From: an uncultured Methanolobus sp.
GTDB lineage: Archaea > Halobacteriota > Methanosarcinia > Methanosarcinales > Methanosarcinaceae
DNA: 64,000 nt
Reading direction: 5' to 3'
NCBI GenBank assembly: GCA_963675495.1
Contig: OY776215.1
Span: forward strand, 1,024,001-1,088,000
This document shows, in pieces, positions 1-11,689 of the stretch. The notes beneath the pieces were generated by a model. That model was not told where the DNA came from, ran no database searches, and saw only the letters and a program-made list of their open reading frames with translations. The first letter of the stretch is position 1; each line of letters opens with the position of its first letter. The translations under genes and the position numbers were made by a program.

Positions 1-359
1 ATACCAACAACATCGGAGAGATATACGAGGTGTTTGGTATCGAAGCTGCAAGAAATGCTATCATAAAAGAAGCTACTGACACACTTGCAGAGCAGGGTCT
101 TACTGTTGATATCAGACACATAATGCTTGTATCTGACATCATGTGTTGTGATGGAGAAGTTAAACAGATCGGAAGACATGGAATTTCAGGAGAGAAAGCC
201 AGTGTATTTGCACGTGCCGCTTTTGAAGTTACTGTAACCCATCTGCTTGATGCCGGTATGCGTGGAGATCGCGATGAGCTCAATGGTGTTACCGAGAATA
301 TTATAGTAGGACAGCCTATAAAACTGGGCACAGGAGATGTTCATCTTGTCACAAGATGA
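1..359 (+). CDS. rpoA2: DNA-directed RNA polymerase subunit A'' (Rpo1C), 3' part
   Basis: [20 protein letters not shown] and [17 protein letters not shown] motifs; frame open from the window start; precedes rpl30e. Confidence 0.97.
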   Translation, partial: TNNIGEIYEVFGIEAARNAIIKEATDTLAEQGLTVDIRHIMLVSDIMCCDGEVKQIGRHGISGEKASVFARAAFEVTVTHLLDAGMRGDRDELNGVTENIIVGQPIKLGTGDVHLVTR

Positions 360-458
360 ACTTCCAATATTATAATACAAAGAGCAACCAGAAAGTAGAT
401 ATACGGAATCACTTATTAATACAAATCTCAAACTGACATTATAAATGAGTTGATATAA

Positions 459-749
459 ATGGATATTAACATTGACAAAGCACTGATCAAAGTGATCAGA
501 ACCGGAAAGGTGATAATTGGATCTAACAGGACTATCGATGCTGCCATGAACAATGAAGCAAAAATGGTCATACTTGCCACAAACTGCCCTGCAGATGTAA
601 GAGCCAAGATAGAAAGCCTAGATGTACCGATACTAAACTACTCTGGCACAGGAACAGAACTTGGACCTGCCTGCGGAAAACCATTTATCATTGCTGCAAT
701 GGCTATCATTGACAACGGTGAATCTGATATTCTGGCAGCTGCTGCTTAA
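459..749 (+). CDS. rpl30e: 50S ribosomal protein L30e
   Basis: [11 protein letters not shown] and [10 protein letters not shown] motifs; conserved gene order. Confidence 0.96.
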   Translation: MDINIDKALIKVIRTGKVIIGSNRTIDAAMNNEAKMVILATNCPADVRAKIESLDVPILNYSGTGTELGPACGKPFIIAAMAIIDNGESDILAAAA

Positions 750-763
750 AGGAGTTGCAATAT

Positions 764-1189
764 TTGGGCGAGATCAAGTTATCTACTGAAAACATCCGAT
801 ATATCGCACTATTTGAAAATGTCACAGGTGCAGCGGTTAAAGATTGCATTATCGATGACGATAGAATAATATATGTGATAAACACAGGCGACATGGGTGC
901 TGCTATTGGAAGAAACGGAGACCACATTAACCGCGTGAAGAAAACAGTGGATAAACTTATCGATCTTGTCGAATACTCGGACGAACCTGCTACATTCATA
1001 AAGAATGCATTCGGTCCGGTATCGGTCAAATCGGTGAACATCACAAACAGGAACAATAAGCGATTGGCTTATGTAGAAGTATCTAATAAAGACAAGGGTC
1101 TTGCCATAGGACGAAATGGGAAAAACATTGAAAAGGTAAAACTTGTCGCTAAGAGACATCATGATATAGATGATGTCATCCTGCAGTGA
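764..1189 (+). CDS. nusA: archaeal NusA (KH domains)
   Basis: Two KH GxxG loops (AIGRNG); TTG start at 764 behind GGAG; position in the cluster. Confidence 0.93.
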   Translation: MGEIKLSTENIRYIALFENVTGAAVKDCIIDDDRIIYVINTGDMGAAIGRNGDHINRVKKTVDKLIDLVEYSDEPATFIKNAFGPVSVKSVNITNRNNKRLAYVEVSNKDKGLAIGRNGKNIEKVKLVAKRHHDIDDVILQ

Positions 1190-1240
1190 TAATCCAAATA
1201 ATATCATACTCATCAAAGACATAGATTGGAGGACATAATT

Positions 1241-1669
1241 ATGCCAAATGGAAAATATGCAGCTCATACACTTCAGCGCATGCGAAAGGATGCAAGATGG
1301 AAAGATTCACGCTATAACAGGCGTACACTCGGACTTGACGTTAAAGCAGACCCTCTTGGAGGCGCACCTCAGGGAAGAGGCATTGTGCTTGAGAAAGTAG
1401 GAATCGAGGCTAAACAGCCAAACTCAGCTATTAGGAAATGTGTTAGAATACAGTTGATCAAGAACGGACGTCAGGTATCAGCATTCTGCCCTGGTGACGG
1501 TGCTATCAACTTTATCGACGAGCACGATGAAGTTACAGTAGAAAGAATAGGTGGCCGTATGGGTGGTGCAATGGGTGATATTCCCGGAGTACGCTTTAAG
1601 GTCACTGCTGTTAACAATGTATCCTTAAGAGAAATGGTCATTGGCCGAAAAGAGAAACCAAGGAGATAA
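1241..1669 (+). CDS. rps12: 30S ribosomal protein S12
   Basis: [12 protein letters not shown] and [10 protein letters not shown] motifs. Confidence 0.98.
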   Translation: MPNGKYAAHTLQRMRKDARWKDSRYNRRTLGLDVKADPLGGAPQGRGIVLEKVGIEAKQPNSAIRKCVRIQLIKNGRQVSAFCPGDGAINFIDEHDEVTVERIGGRMGGAMGDIPGVRFKVTAVNNVSLREMVIGRKEKPRR

Positions 1670-1673
1670 TTAA

Positions 1674-2234
1674 ATGTACAAGTTATTTGAAAAATGGGAT
1701 CTCACTGAAGTAGAGGTCACTGACCAGGGAATTAAAAGGTATGTGAACCTCGATCCGGTGATAATCCCTCACTCAAACGGAAAGCATGCAAGACAGCAGT
1801 TCAACAAATCAGACATCTGTATCGTTGAGCGTCTTGTTAACAACGTTATGCGCAATGAGCAGAACACCGGAAAGAAGCAGAACGCAATGAGAGTTGTTTC
1901 TGAAGCGTTAGATATCATAAACTCAAGGACCAAGAAGAACCCTGTACAGGTTCTGGTAGAGGCTATCTCTAACGCCGGACCAAGGGAAGAAGTGGTCAGA
2001 CTTAAGTACGGCGGAATATCCGTACCAAAGGCAGTAGATACTGCTCCACAGAGACGTGTTGACAGTGCACTCAGATACATTACAATGGGTGCAAACAAGG
2101 CTTCTTTCAAATCCAAGAGAAGTGCAGCAGATTGCCTTGCAGCAGAAATAGTTGCAGCTTCAAACCGTGATGCAAAATGCTTCTCAATCAACAAGAAGGA
2201 TGGAAAAGAAAGAGTTGCGAAGGCAGCACGTTAA
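1674..2234 (+). CDS. rps7: 30S ribosomal protein S7
   Basis: [23 protein letters not shown]. Confidence 0.98.
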   Translation: MYKLFEKWDLTEVEVTDQGIKRYVNLDPVIIPHSNGKHARQQFNKSDICIVERLVNNVMRNEQNTGKKQNAMRVVSEALDIINSRTKKNPVQVLVEAISNAGPREEVVRLKYGGISVPKAVDTAPQRRVDSALRYITMGANKASFKSKRSAADCLAAEIVAASNRDAKCFSINKKDGKERVAKAAR

Positions 2235-2276
2235 TGCAAATCCTGCCACTTAGTAAATAAGAATAAGGTAATTAAT

Positions 2277-4478
2277 ATGGCTAGAAATGATAAAATGGTT
2301 GACCGTGTTGCAGCGCTCATGGGTGAACCAAAGATGATACGTAACATCGGTATTGTTGCGCACATTGATCACGGAAAGACAACTTTGTCAGATAACCTTC
2401 TTGCAGGCGCAGGCATGCTCTCAAAAGAGCTTGCCGGTAACGCTTGCTGGACTGACTCTGATGAAGAAGAACAGGAAAGAGGTATTACAATTGATTCAGC
2501 AAATGTTTCAATGGTCCACGAGTACGAGGACGAGGAATATCTCATTAACCTTATTGACACGCCAGGTCACGTAGACTTTGGTGGAGATGTTACACGTGCA
2601 ATGCGCGCAGTAGATGGTGCTGTAGTGGTTATTGACGCTGTAGAAGGTACAATGCCACAGACAGAGACTGTTCTTAGACAGGCATTGAAGGAACATGTAA
2701 AGCCAGTTCTGTTCATCAACAAAGTTGACCGTCTCATCAATGAGTTGCAGGTCGACGGACAGGAAATGCAGATCAGACTCGGCAAACTTATCGATCACGT
2801 TAACAAGCTCATCAAAGGTATGAACGAAGAGCGCTACAAGGCAGGATGGAAAGTTGACGCAGCAGAAGGTACTGTTGCTTTCGGTTCAGCATTGTACAAC
2901 TGGGCTATCAGTGTACCAATGATGCAGAAGACTGGAGTCACATTCCAGCAGATATATGATTACAATAAAGCAGATGATCCTGAAAAAATAAGAGAACTTG
3001 CAGATAAGTGTCCACTCCATGAAGTTCTGAACGATATGGTAATCAGGTTCCTCCCGTCCCCTCTTGAGGCTCAGGAAGGAAGGGTTAACGCTATCTGGCA
3101 CGGTGACAAGGAATCCAAGATCGGCAAGTCAATGATCAATGCAGATCCTGAAGGTGAACTTGCTTTCATGGTAACAGATATTACCATGGACCCACATGCA
3201 GGCGAAGTCGCAACCGGAAGGTTGTTCAGTGGGTCACTCAAACGTGGAATGGAAGCTTACGTATCCGGCGCATCAAGAAAGAACAGAATTCAGCAGGTCG
3301 GTGTTTTCATGGGTCCAAAGAGACTTGAAGTGGAGAACATACCTGCAGGAAACATTGCAGCTGTAACCGGACTTAAAGATGCTATCGTCGGTTCAACAGT
3401 AACCACCCTTGAAGGCATGGAGCCTTTCGAGAGTATCACTCACGCAAGTGAACCTGTAGTTACCGTTGCAGTAGAAGCTAAGCACATGAAGGACCTTCCA
3501 AAGCTTGTAGAAGTATTGAGACAGGTTGCAAAGGAAGACCCAACACTTAAGATCACACTTGACGAAGAAACCGGTGAGCACTTAATGGCGGGTATGGGAG
3601 AACTTCACCTTGAGGTCATTGCGCACAGAATTGAGCGTGACAAGGGTGTAGAGATCACAACAACACCGCCTATTGTAGTTTACCGTGAGACCATTCGTGG
3701 CAGCGCTGGACCAGTAGAAGGTAAATCACCAAACAGGCACAACAGGTTCTATATTGTAGTCGAGCCACTTGAGGAAGGAGTTAGAGACCTTATCAAGGCT
3801 GGCGAGATATCAATGCGTATGCCTGAAGTTGAGCGTAGAGAGAAACTCATGGCAGCAGGACTTAGCAAAGATGAAGCTAAGGGTATTGCTGACATCTTTG
3901 AGAGCAATGTTTACATTGATGTCACAAAGGGTATCCAGCACCTCAATGAAACCATGGAACTCATCCTTGAAGGATTCCAGGAAGTAATGAAGGCAGGACC
4001 TCTCTCAAGAGAACCATGCATGGGTGTAAAGGTAAAGCTCGTTGATGCAAAGTTACACGAGGATGCAGTCCACAGAGGACCTGCACAGGTAATACCAGCA
4101 TCAAGACAAGGTATCCAGGCAGCAATGCTAATGGCAGATGATACACTTCTTGAACCGTACCAGAAAGTATTCATACAGGTTCCACAGGACAACATGGGTG
4201 GCGCAACCAAGGAGATTCAGGGACGTCGTGGTACGATCATTGATATGGGCTCAGAAGGCGACATGACCATCATCGAATCAAGAGCACCAGTATCCGAACT
4301 GTTCGGATTTGCAGGAGATATCAGATCAGCAACCGAAGGTCGCGCAATGTGGAGTACTGAGTTTGCAGGATTTGACACACTTCCAACAAACCTGACCGCA
4401 GAAATCGTAACTGGCATAAGAGAAAGAAAGGGACTCAAGAAGGACCTACCACAAGCATCTGACTACATGAGTATGTAA
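2277..4478 (+). CDS. fusA: elongation factor EF-2
   Basis: [20 protein letters not shown]; diphthamide loop HEDAVHRG. Confidence 0.99.
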   Translation: MARNDKMVDRVAALMGEPKMIRNIGIVAHIDHGKTTLSDNLLAGAGMLSKELAGNACWTDSDEEEQERGITIDSANVSMVHEYEDEEYLINLIDTPGHVDFGGDVTRAMRAVDGAVVVIDAVEGTMPQTETVLRQALKEHVKPVLFINKVDRLINELQVDGQEMQIRLGKLIDHVNKLIKGMNEERYKAGWKVDAAEGTVAFGSALYNWAISVPMMQKTGVTFQQIYDYNKADDPEKIRELADKCPLHEVLNDMVIRFLPSPLEAQEGRVNAIWHGDKESKIGKSMINADPEGELAFMVTDITMDPHAGEVATGRLFSGSLKRGMEAYVSGASRKNRIQQVGVFMGPKRLEVENIPAGNIAAVTGLKDAIVGSTVTTLEGMEPFESITHASEPVVTVAVEAKHMKDLPKLVEVLRQVAKEDPTLKITLDEETGEHLMAGMGELHLEVIAHRIERDKGVEITTTPPIVVYRETIRGSAGPVEGKSPNRHNRFYIVVEPLEEGVRDLIKAGEISMRMPEVERREKLMAAGLSKDEAKGIADIFESNVYIDVTKGIQHLNETMELILEGFQEVMKAGPLSREPCMGVKVKLVDAKLHEDAVHRGPAQVIPASRQGIQAAMLMADDTLLEPYQKVFIQVPQDNMGGATKEIQGRRGTIIDMGSEGDMTIIESRAPVSELFGFAGDIRSATEGRAMWSTEFAGFDTLPTNLTAEIVTGIRERKGLKKDLPQASDYMSM

Positions 4479-4487
4479 TTGCGGAAA

Positions 4488-4508
4488 TTTGCAGCTTTTT
4501 GCTGCAAA
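4488..4508 (+). terminator. hairpin after fusA
   Basis: TTTGCAGC-TTTTT-GCTGCAAA inverted repeat; a separate BRE/TATA (GAAAGGTTTAAA, ~4524-4535) precedes tuf. Confidence 0.55.
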
Positions 4509-4604
4509 AATCCTATTTTGTCAGAAAGGTTTAAACGTAAAAAGACCTATTATGGCAAATCAAACTGATATATTATAATTGAATTAAATAAAGGAGATAT
4601 GAAA

Positions 4605-5876
4605 ATGGCAGCTGACAAACCACACATGAACTTGGCAGTTATTGGTCACATTGACCACGGCAAGTCAACCCTTGTCGGAAGATTAATGTTCGAAACAGGA
4701 GCAGTACCTGCTCACCTTATCGAGAAGTACAAGGCAGAAGCAAAAGAAAAGGGTAAAGAATCATTCGCATTCGCATGGGTCATGGACTCACTTAAGGAAG
4801 AGCGTGAAAGAGGTATCACAATCGATATCGCTCACAAGAGATTCGACACCGACAAGTACTACTTTACAATTGTGGACTGCCCAGGCCACCGTGACTTTGT
4901 GAAGAACATGATCACCGGTGCATCCCAGGCTGACGCAGCTATCCTTGTAGTCGCCGCACCTGATGGTGTAATGGACCAGACAAAAGAGCATGTGTTCCTT
5001 TCAAGAACCCTTGGTATTAACCAGCTTATCATTGCTGTAAACAAGATGGATGCATCAAAGTACAGCGAAGAGAGATACAATGAGGTCAAGGAACAAGTAA
5101 GCCAGCTCCTCGGTATGGTAGGATTCAAGGCATCAGAGATTCCATTCATTCCAACCTCTGCATTCGAGGGTGACAACATATCAGGTCCAAGCGCAAACAC
5201 ACCATGGTACAAGGGTCCATCTATCCTTGAATCACTTGACCTCCTTGTTGAACCAGAAAAGCCAGACACACTCCCACTCAGAATTCCTGTACAGGATGCA
5301 TACACCATCTCCGGTATCGGAACCGTACCAGTAGGTAGGGTCGAGACAGGTATCATGAAGAAGGGACAGACAGTAACCTTTAACCCAAGCGGCGTTAGCG
5401 GTGAAGTCAAGTCAATCGAAATGCACCATGAAGAGCATGATCAGGCTGGACCTGGAGACAACATCGGATGGAACGTACGTGGTGTAGGTAAGAACGATGT
5501 ACGCAGAGGAGATGTCTGCGGACCGTCAGACAAGCCACCTTCAGTAGCAGACGAGTTTACAGGACAGATCGTAGTCCTTCAACACCCATCCGCTATCACA
5601 GCAGGATACACACCAGTATTCCACTGCCACACAACCCAGACCGCATGTACTCTTATGTCCATTGACAAGAAGCTTGATCCAAAGACAGGCCAGGTCAAGG
5701 AAGAGAATGCAACCTTCATTAAGGCTGGAGACGCAGCAATTGTCACCATCAAGCCAACAAGACCAATGGTGATCGAACCAGTAAAGGAAATTCCACAGCT
5801 CGGTAGATTCGCTATCCGTGATATGGGTATGACCATTGCTGCTGGCATGTGCATGAGTGTTAAACTGAAAGAGTAA
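4605..5876 (+). CDS. tuf: elongation factor EF-1 alpha
   Basis: [30 protein letters not shown]; alternative ATG at 4599. Confidence 0.99.
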   Translation: MAADKPHMNLAVIGHIDHGKSTLVGRLMFETGAVPAHLIEKYKAEAKEKGKESFAFAWVMDSLKEERERGITIDIAHKRFDTDKYYFTIVDCPGHRDFVKNMITGASQADAAILVVAAPDGVMDQTKEHVFLSRTLGINQLIIAVNKMDASKYSEERYNEVKEQVSQLLGMVGFKASEIPFIPTSAFEGDNISGPSANTPWYKGPSILESLDLLVEPEKPDTLPLRIPVQDAYTISGIGTVPVGRVETGIMKKGQTVTFNPSGVSGEVKSIEMHHEEHDQAGPGDNIGWNVRGVGKNDVRRGDVCGPSDKPPSVADEFTGQIVVLQHPSAITAGYTPVFHCHTTQTACTLMSIDKKLDPKTGQVKEENATFIKAGDAAIVTIKPTRPMVIEPVKEIPQLGRFAIRDMGMTIAAGMCMSVKLKE

Positions 5877-5901
5877 GACACTCAACTTTTTCCTTTTTTA
5901 G

Positions 5902-6222
<321 letters not shown>

Positions 6223-6465
6223 ACTATAGTTATTGCTAGCAATAACTATAACCTTTAAGTTACAGATAACATCTGTAACCTTCCACTTCTCATCTTTCAA
6301 CGACACTGAAGAGTGTCTTCTATGAAAGATATTCAGACAAGACTGCTGAAAATACTCTTTTTTGATAAGTTCTTCCATTTGCTTAAATACTACTGGAGAA
6401 AAGTATCAGTACCGTAGTAAATTATATCTAAGACAATAACTCATAAAAATATGGGGTATTATATA

Positions 6466-7656
6466 ATGAAACAGAATGTATTGATACTAGGAGCAGGTTA
6501 TGCCGGATCGGTAGTAGCTAACATATTAGCCAGAGAATTCAGGAATAAGATTGCCAGAGATGAACTGGAAATAACTATTCTTGATAAAAATGATACAAAC
6601 ATAAATCAGGGTGGCTTTACCTTCATCCCTTTTGAACTTTATACCCCTGAAGATATCACAAGGCCCCGTAAAAAACTCATCAGTCCCAGAGTAAAGGCTT
6701 TTTTTGGAGCAGACGGGGAAGTGACAGCTGTTGACCTTCAAAATAAGGAAGTAACTGTCAAAAGTGATAAAAGATATACCTATGACTACCTGGTCATTTC
6801 AATTGGGTGCAGAGCCGATGTAGATTCTGTACCCGGGCTTGTGGATGACCTGAACACTTTCTACACATCCATGGAAGATGCATTCAAGGTGAGAGACCTT
6901 GTTAAAAATATAAATGGTGGAAAGGTTGTTGTATCTGTAGCCTCAATGCCAGTACCCTGCCCGGGAGCACCGGTAAAATTCACATTTATGCTGGACAGCT
7001 ACCTGCGTAATATCAAAAAGAATAGGGATGATGTCCAGTTAACCCTAGTCTGGCCCATGGAACCAATTGGACCACCTGAATTCAATAAATTCGTGACATC
7101 CCAATTCGATGAAAAAGGTGTTGAAGTTATAAGGGATTTCCAGCTTGCTAATGTTGATGCAGGCAATAAGGAACTCACATCAAAAAGCGGAGACAAAGTG
7201 AACTACGACCTCTTGATCACGGTTCCTCCACATAGGGCACCGGATGTCCTTATAGAATCCGGCCTTGCAGACGATAAGGGCTGGCTCTCTGCGGACAAAG
7301 CAACACTACAGTACCGTGGTCCCGCAGGCAATCATGACAATGTATATGTTCTTGGTGATCTCGGACCTGCTGATATCCTCAAAACTGGAATCGGAGCGCA
7401 CTACCAGGCTATTGCCGTTAGCCAGAACCTGAAGAATGATATCTGTGGAAACGGCATTAAAACTCCCTATGAAGGAGAGACTGGATGTCCTCTTGTTACC
7501 GAACTGGAAACACCATCCACACCAGGACTAGGCTACATTGCAACATGGAAATATGCAAAGCCTCCTGAAACATTTTCAACCACAAAAATGGGGTGGTTCC
7601 TGTATCGCATGTATTACCACATACATTGGGATATCAGTGTAAAAGGATTGTTCTGA
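6466..7656 (+). CDS. FAD-dependent oxidoreductase, sulfide:quinone oxidoreductase-like
   Basis: GAGYAG Rossmann motif, CPGAP and TGCP cysteines, VYVLGD. Confidence 0.8.
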   Translation: MKQNVLILGAGYAGSVVANILAREFRNKIARDELEITILDKNDTNINQGGFTFIPFELYTPEDITRPRKKLISPRVKAFFGADGEVTAVDLQNKEVTVKSDKRYTYDYLVISIGCRADVDSVPGLVDDLNTFYTSMEDAFKVRDLVKNINGGKVVVSVASMPVPCPGAPVKFTFMLDSYLRNIKKNRDDVQLTLVWPMEPIGPPEFNKFVTSQFDEKGVEVIRDFQLANVDAGNKELTSKSGDKVNYDLLITVPPHRAPDVLIESGLADDKGWLSADKATLQYRGPAGNHDNVYVLGDLGPADILKTGIGAHYQAIAVSQNLKNDICGNGIKTPYEGETGCPLVTELETPSTPGLGYIATWKYAKPPETFSTTKMGWFLYRMYYHIHWDISVKGLF

Positions 7657-7668
7657 GGAGGATATAAT

Positions 7669-8034
7669 ATGAGCGACAAAAATATTGCGAACCAGATATC
7701 AGGTATTGATATAAGACCGGGCGATGTAGAAGCTATTCTGGACCTTGTCAGAACAGTAAGAATACTACAGGATTACATCAACGATCAAACAGCCCACGGA
7801 ATTGCAGACCTCACATCAACGGTGTTAAAACTCACAAACGCAATCATGAGCACCGACCTGATTGGAGTGATGGAAACCGCAGTTCAGGATCCAGAACTCG
7901 ATAAAGCCCTTCTTGAACCACCAAAGGTAGGAATAGGAGGATTGTTGAAACAGATGCAGGATGAAGACTTCCAGAAAGGGATGGGAGTAATGTTAACGCT
8001 GGTTAAAGCTATAGGAAGGGCAACAGAAGATTAA
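7669..8034 (+). CDS. DUF1641 domain protein
   Basis: PPKVGIGGLLKQMQDEDFQKGMG motif; typical partner downstream of SQR-like genes. Confidence 0.8.
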   Translation: MSDKNIANQISGIDIRPGDVEAILDLVRTVRILQDYINDQTAHGIADLTSTVLKLTNAIMSTDLIGVMETAVQDPELDKALLEPPKVGIGGLLKQMQDEDFQKGMGVMLTLVKAIGRATED

Positions 8035-8070
8035 AAAAATCTACCTTGTGGGTATTATCTTTTTTCCCTT

Positions 8071-9753
8071 TTATTTTCCTTTTTTATGATCTGACGCAGC
8101 ATCTAACTCAATTATAAATTTTGCACCTGACAGTTTGTTGTCCTCAACACGTATAGAACCACCGTACCGTTCAACTGTCCTTTTAGCTATATACAATCCA
8201 AATCCGGTTTTCCCGGTTTTTCCATACTTGTACCCCTCATCAAAAATTCTGGATTTTACTTTATTAGGAATTCCAATACCGTTATCAGCAATTGAAATTT
8301 CACAGATGCCATTTTGCTTCAATATTTCAATATCGACCTTACTGGCATTACCATGAATAATGGCATTACCGACGATATTATCGAAAACTGAAGCCAGAGC
8401 TTTGTCTGCCATGATCAGACAATCTCCTGTGACGTTAAATTGTGCTTCATGAATGCTTACAATACTATCTACCAGATTTTTAACATTCAAAAGTTCAAGC
8501 TGCTCATCAACAACTGAGACCTTATCAATTTCCTTTACATTTTTTATCAGGGAAGCACTTTTTTGCGAAGCTTTTCTGATCATGGAAAGGAATTTTTTAT
8601 CGCCATTCTCCTCAAGCAAGTCCAAAGCTCCCATGATGATCTGAAGGTCATTAGCAATGTCGTGCCTCAAAATACGATTTGTAGTACGGAGCATTTCAGT
8701 AAGTTTCACCTGCTCTTCCTTTGACCTGAATACTTCGTGATAGCGTCTTATATTGGATATTGCAAGCCCTGAAGCCTTTGCAAGATCAAATGCAACACTT
8801 AGATACTCATCCAGATTTTCTGGAAAAGCAACACCATGCACCTCGATAATACCAAAGAGAGTATCTGCTATTAAAACTTTTATTGCGAAACCATCTTCCG
8901 TATCGAACACAACATAGCTTTCATCAGAATCTTTCAATTTCATTATGACATCTAGTTTGGTTTCAGAGGACTTGCAGTACTGAACCTCCATCCGATCGTC
9001 ATAAAAAGAGTGATAAACAACGTTTTTCGGAGCGAACATTGTACTGAATAATTTACAAATAGATTTGATTTCAACAGATTCATCTGTAATGTCAGCAATT
9101 GTTTTGATAAAATCGATAGACATTGCATATGAAGCCGCTTTTCTCTGGCATACTTTCAACTGTTTTTGCTTCTTCTCAATGCTCCATCGAAGTATCAGGT
9201 TATCAAAGAGCACTCTGAAGTATCCCATCCCTAAATTTAATATTTTGAACGGGATATCTACAAAGTTGGAAAATTCCTCTGCCCTTACAGCAAGATCAGA
9301 ATGAATACCTGTATCCAGAATCAAAATAGATGAATATAATTCGGAAAATGGGGGTGCTGAATTATTGTCATACATACCAATAGACCGCAGATTATTCTGC
9401 CAGTCTTCCAGCCATCCAGGAACTACAATAAAAGAACCTTCAGCTTCATACTCCTGCAAAACCGCACTCTCAGCAAATAAGTCATAGATATGCTCTGTAT
9501 TATGAATTTTAACAGAGCCAGAGTACTCTTCCGGAATGCAAACTTCTGGACATGATGTGTCACACAGAAGCAGTATATCATTATCGCATTTTTGCTCTCT
9601 GATGATACCAAGGATTATTTCAGACTTCGGGGTATCCTGAAAAGACTTAAAAAAGGCGCATTTTATCCCTTCATATTGGACATCACTGCTAAGGATATAT
9701 TCAATCTCATGCCGAATGTATTCAGGTGCAACAACGTAATGATCATAAAACAT
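8071..9753 (-). CDS. sensor histidine kinase with degenerate N-terminal DUF1638-like domain and GAF-like segment
   Basis: PGWLEDW and ILILDTG..AEEF DUF1638-type motifs; H-box RHDIANDL; NAIIHG, DNGIG, GFGL boxes. Confidence 0.82.
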   Translation of the reverse strand: MFYDHYVVAPEYIRHEIEYILSSDVQYEGIKCAFFKSFQDTPKSEIILGIIREQKCDNDILLLCDTSCPEVCIPEEYSGSVKIHNTEHIYDLFAESAVLQEYEAEGSFIVVPGWLEDWQNNLRSIGMYDNNSAPPFSELYSSILILDTGIHSDLAVRAEEFSNFVDIPFKILNLGMGYFRVLFDNLILRWSIEKKQKQLKVCQRKAASYAMSIDFIKTIADITDESVEIKSICKLFSTMFAPKNVVYHSFYDDRMEVQYCKSSETKLDVIMKLKDSDESYVVFDTEDGFAIKVLIADTLFGIIEVHGVAFPENLDEYLSVAFDLAKASGLAISNIRRYHEVFRSKEEQVKLTEMLRTTNRILRHDIANDLQIIMGALDLLEENGDKKFLSMIRKASQKSASLIKNVKEIDKVSVVDEQLELLNVKNLVDSIVSIHEAQFNVTGDCLIMADKALASVFDNIVGNAIIHGNASKVDIEILKQNGICEISIADNGIGIPNKVKSRIFDEGYKYGKTGKTGFGLYIAKRTVERYGGSIRVEDNKLSGAKFIIELDAASDHKKGK

Positions 9754-9759
9754 ATTATT

Positions 9760-10797
9760 CTACTCCGGGTACTGACCCCATTTTTTCACGGAATCGGAAA
9801 TATTCATGATAACTTCTGAAGGAACAAGATAAGGTATTTCCCCATGGTTATCAGAAAGAATATAGCCGCCACCGTTTGCTGCCTTTTCAATTGCTTCCTT
9901 CACATGGCATTCGGTTTCCTGAACAGTCCAATGTCTCATCTCAAGTCCATTCAGGTTACCCAGCACTGATATTTTTCCATTGCATGTATTTTTTATTTCT
10001 CCAAGGTCTTCCAGTACGCTTGTGCAAATAATAGAAGTCCCTGTTTTTGCAATATCACTTATTATGGGAAGACATCTTCCTGAAGCCATATGAGTTGCAA
10101 CAGGTGCGTTAATTCTGGAGATTACACTTTTGGCAACCTTAAATCCTGTTTTCCTGTAGAGTTCAGGCGGAATGATAGTTGAGGACGACACAGGATCAAA
10201 ATAACAGATCGCAGTTGCTCCTGACTCTATCTGGGCATTTGCCCATTCAATACAGAATTCTTCATTGATGCGCATAAGTTCTTCAAACTTGTCAGGTTCC
10301 TCGTATATCATATCAAGGAAATGATGAAACCCCATTTGCATACCTGGCAATGCAAAGGGAGACATAACTACTCCAATTATAGGGATATCCTCACCTGCAT
10401 GTTTCTTGATGAGTTCTGTGGTCTTCAAAACTTTATTTAATTGTGGTGATTCAAAAACATCAGGTGCTTCCAGCGATCCTATATCCCCTACGTTTGAGAT
10501 TATTGGCTTACCAGCGTTAGGAGGGGCATCAGAATAGAAAATAGAATTCCTTCCCCATGCTTCAAGTTCAAGAGACGCGTAGTAAAAAGAGTAGTAACAA
10601 TCATGACCGTATTTCTGCTGCATCTTTATCTGGGCCTGTGAAACCATTTCAGGCCTTGAGAAATATTCCTCTATGGATACATTGAATTCTTTAGCTCCCT
10701 GTGTTGTAAGTAAGTTGAAGAATGGAACCCTGTCAGCTTCTTCATAATTAAGAGCTGTCAGGACTCTTTCCATAGGAGTCATTGCTTCACTTTTCAT
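9760..10797 (-). CDS. uroporphyrinogen decarboxylase / MtaA (MT2) methyltransferase family protein
   Basis: MTPMERVLTAL..DRVP start, QIESGA, LGNL, GGYILS; Zn ligands atypical. Confidence 0.85.
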   Translation of the reverse strand: MKSEAMTPMERVLTALNYEEADRVPFFNLLTTQGAKEFNVSIEEYFSRPEMVSQAQIKMQQKYGHDCYYSFYYASLELEAWGRNSIFYSDAPPNAGKPIISNVGDIGSLEAPDVFESPQLNKVLKTTELIKKHAGEDIPIIGVVMSPFALPGMQMGFHHFLDMIYEEPDKFEELMRINEEFCIEWANAQIESGATAICYFDPVSSSTIIPPELYRKTGFKVAKSVISRINAPVATHMASGRCLPIISDIAKTGTSIICTSVLEDLGEIKNTCNGKISVLGNLNGLEMRHWTVQETECHVKEAIEKAANGGGYILSDNHGEIPYLVPSEVIMNISDSVKKWGQYPE

Positions 10798-11435
10798 TGC
10801 GATAACCCCAGAACATCATATATCTTATTAACAGACTCCGTGGCATCAATTGCCATAGCATCGGCACCAACTTCTTTCCAAAGATCACGGTCAAACAAAA
10901 AAGGTGCACCACCCACTATTATCTTTGCTTTGATACCTTCGTGGTCAAAGATATGTCTGAGCTTTTTGATATTAAGGGCAATATTAAGCATTAGTGTCGA
11001 AACCATCAGGACCTCGATACCATCTTCTTTGACCTTTCTGGCAACCTTTTCAGGCCCCATATCACCATAATCATGCATATTGAATCCATTGGCCTTAAGG
11101 AATGAAGAAACGATACGTTTTCCAAGCATATGTTCATCCCCAAGAGTTGTAATACCTATTATTGGCATGTTCTTCCTGTCAGGACTCGCGGCAGGCAGTA
11201 TAGATTCCATTATTTCCTCACAGATCTTGCTCGCCATATACTCCTGTGATAATGCAATCTCACCGCTTTCCCAGAGAGCCCCTATTTTTTCAAGAGTCGG
11301 TGCAATAAGCTCATGGATAAGCTCAAAAGCATTGTCGCCGGTAAATTCTTTTTTTACGATGTTGGCTGCTGCAATTCTGTTCAGGGAAAGAAGGGCATTT
11401 TCTAGGCCCAGAACATTCACACTACTAATACGCAC
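10794..11435 (-). CDS. corrinoid (B12-binding) protein
   Basis: IGALWESGEI cap, DEHMLG (DxHxxG), STLM, IIVGGAP; GTG start with GGTGGT RBS; 4-nt overlap with next gene. Confidence 0.9.
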   Translation of the reverse strand: MRISSVNVLGLENALLSLNRIAAANIVKKEFTGDNAFELIHELIAPTLEKIGALWESGEIALSQEYMASKICEEIMESILPAASPDRKNMPIIGITTLGDEHMLGKRIVSSFLKANGFNMHDYGDMGPEKVARKVKEDGIEVLMVSTLMLNIALNIKKLRHIFDHEGIKAKIIVGGAPFLFDRDLWKEVGADAMAIDATESVNKIYDVLGLSQ

Positions 11436-11618
11436 ACCACCTGACTCATTAATAGGGAATATGCGACTTAATTATATAAAGTTGTTATTAAAAAATATAA
11501 AAAGGGTTGCTGAGTTTAGCGGCATTGTTTTGTTAATGTGTCATTTTCAATAAAGTATGCCCTCGTTTTTTAGTAGTGTCGGGAAACAATGGGAAAAAGT
11601 ATATAAGAATAAACACAA

Positions 11619-11632
11619 TTCTCAATTGTGAA
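11619..11632. promoter_or_regulatory. TTCACAATTGTGAA-type operator upstream of nadA
   Basis: TTCTCAATTGTGAA (1 mismatch) just downstream of BRE/TATA GAAAAAGTATATAA. Confidence 0.7.
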
Positions 11633-11689
11633 TTGATGCCACATATGGCGAATTCAAACTAATAAAGATAGCAAACAGGATATTTGTTC

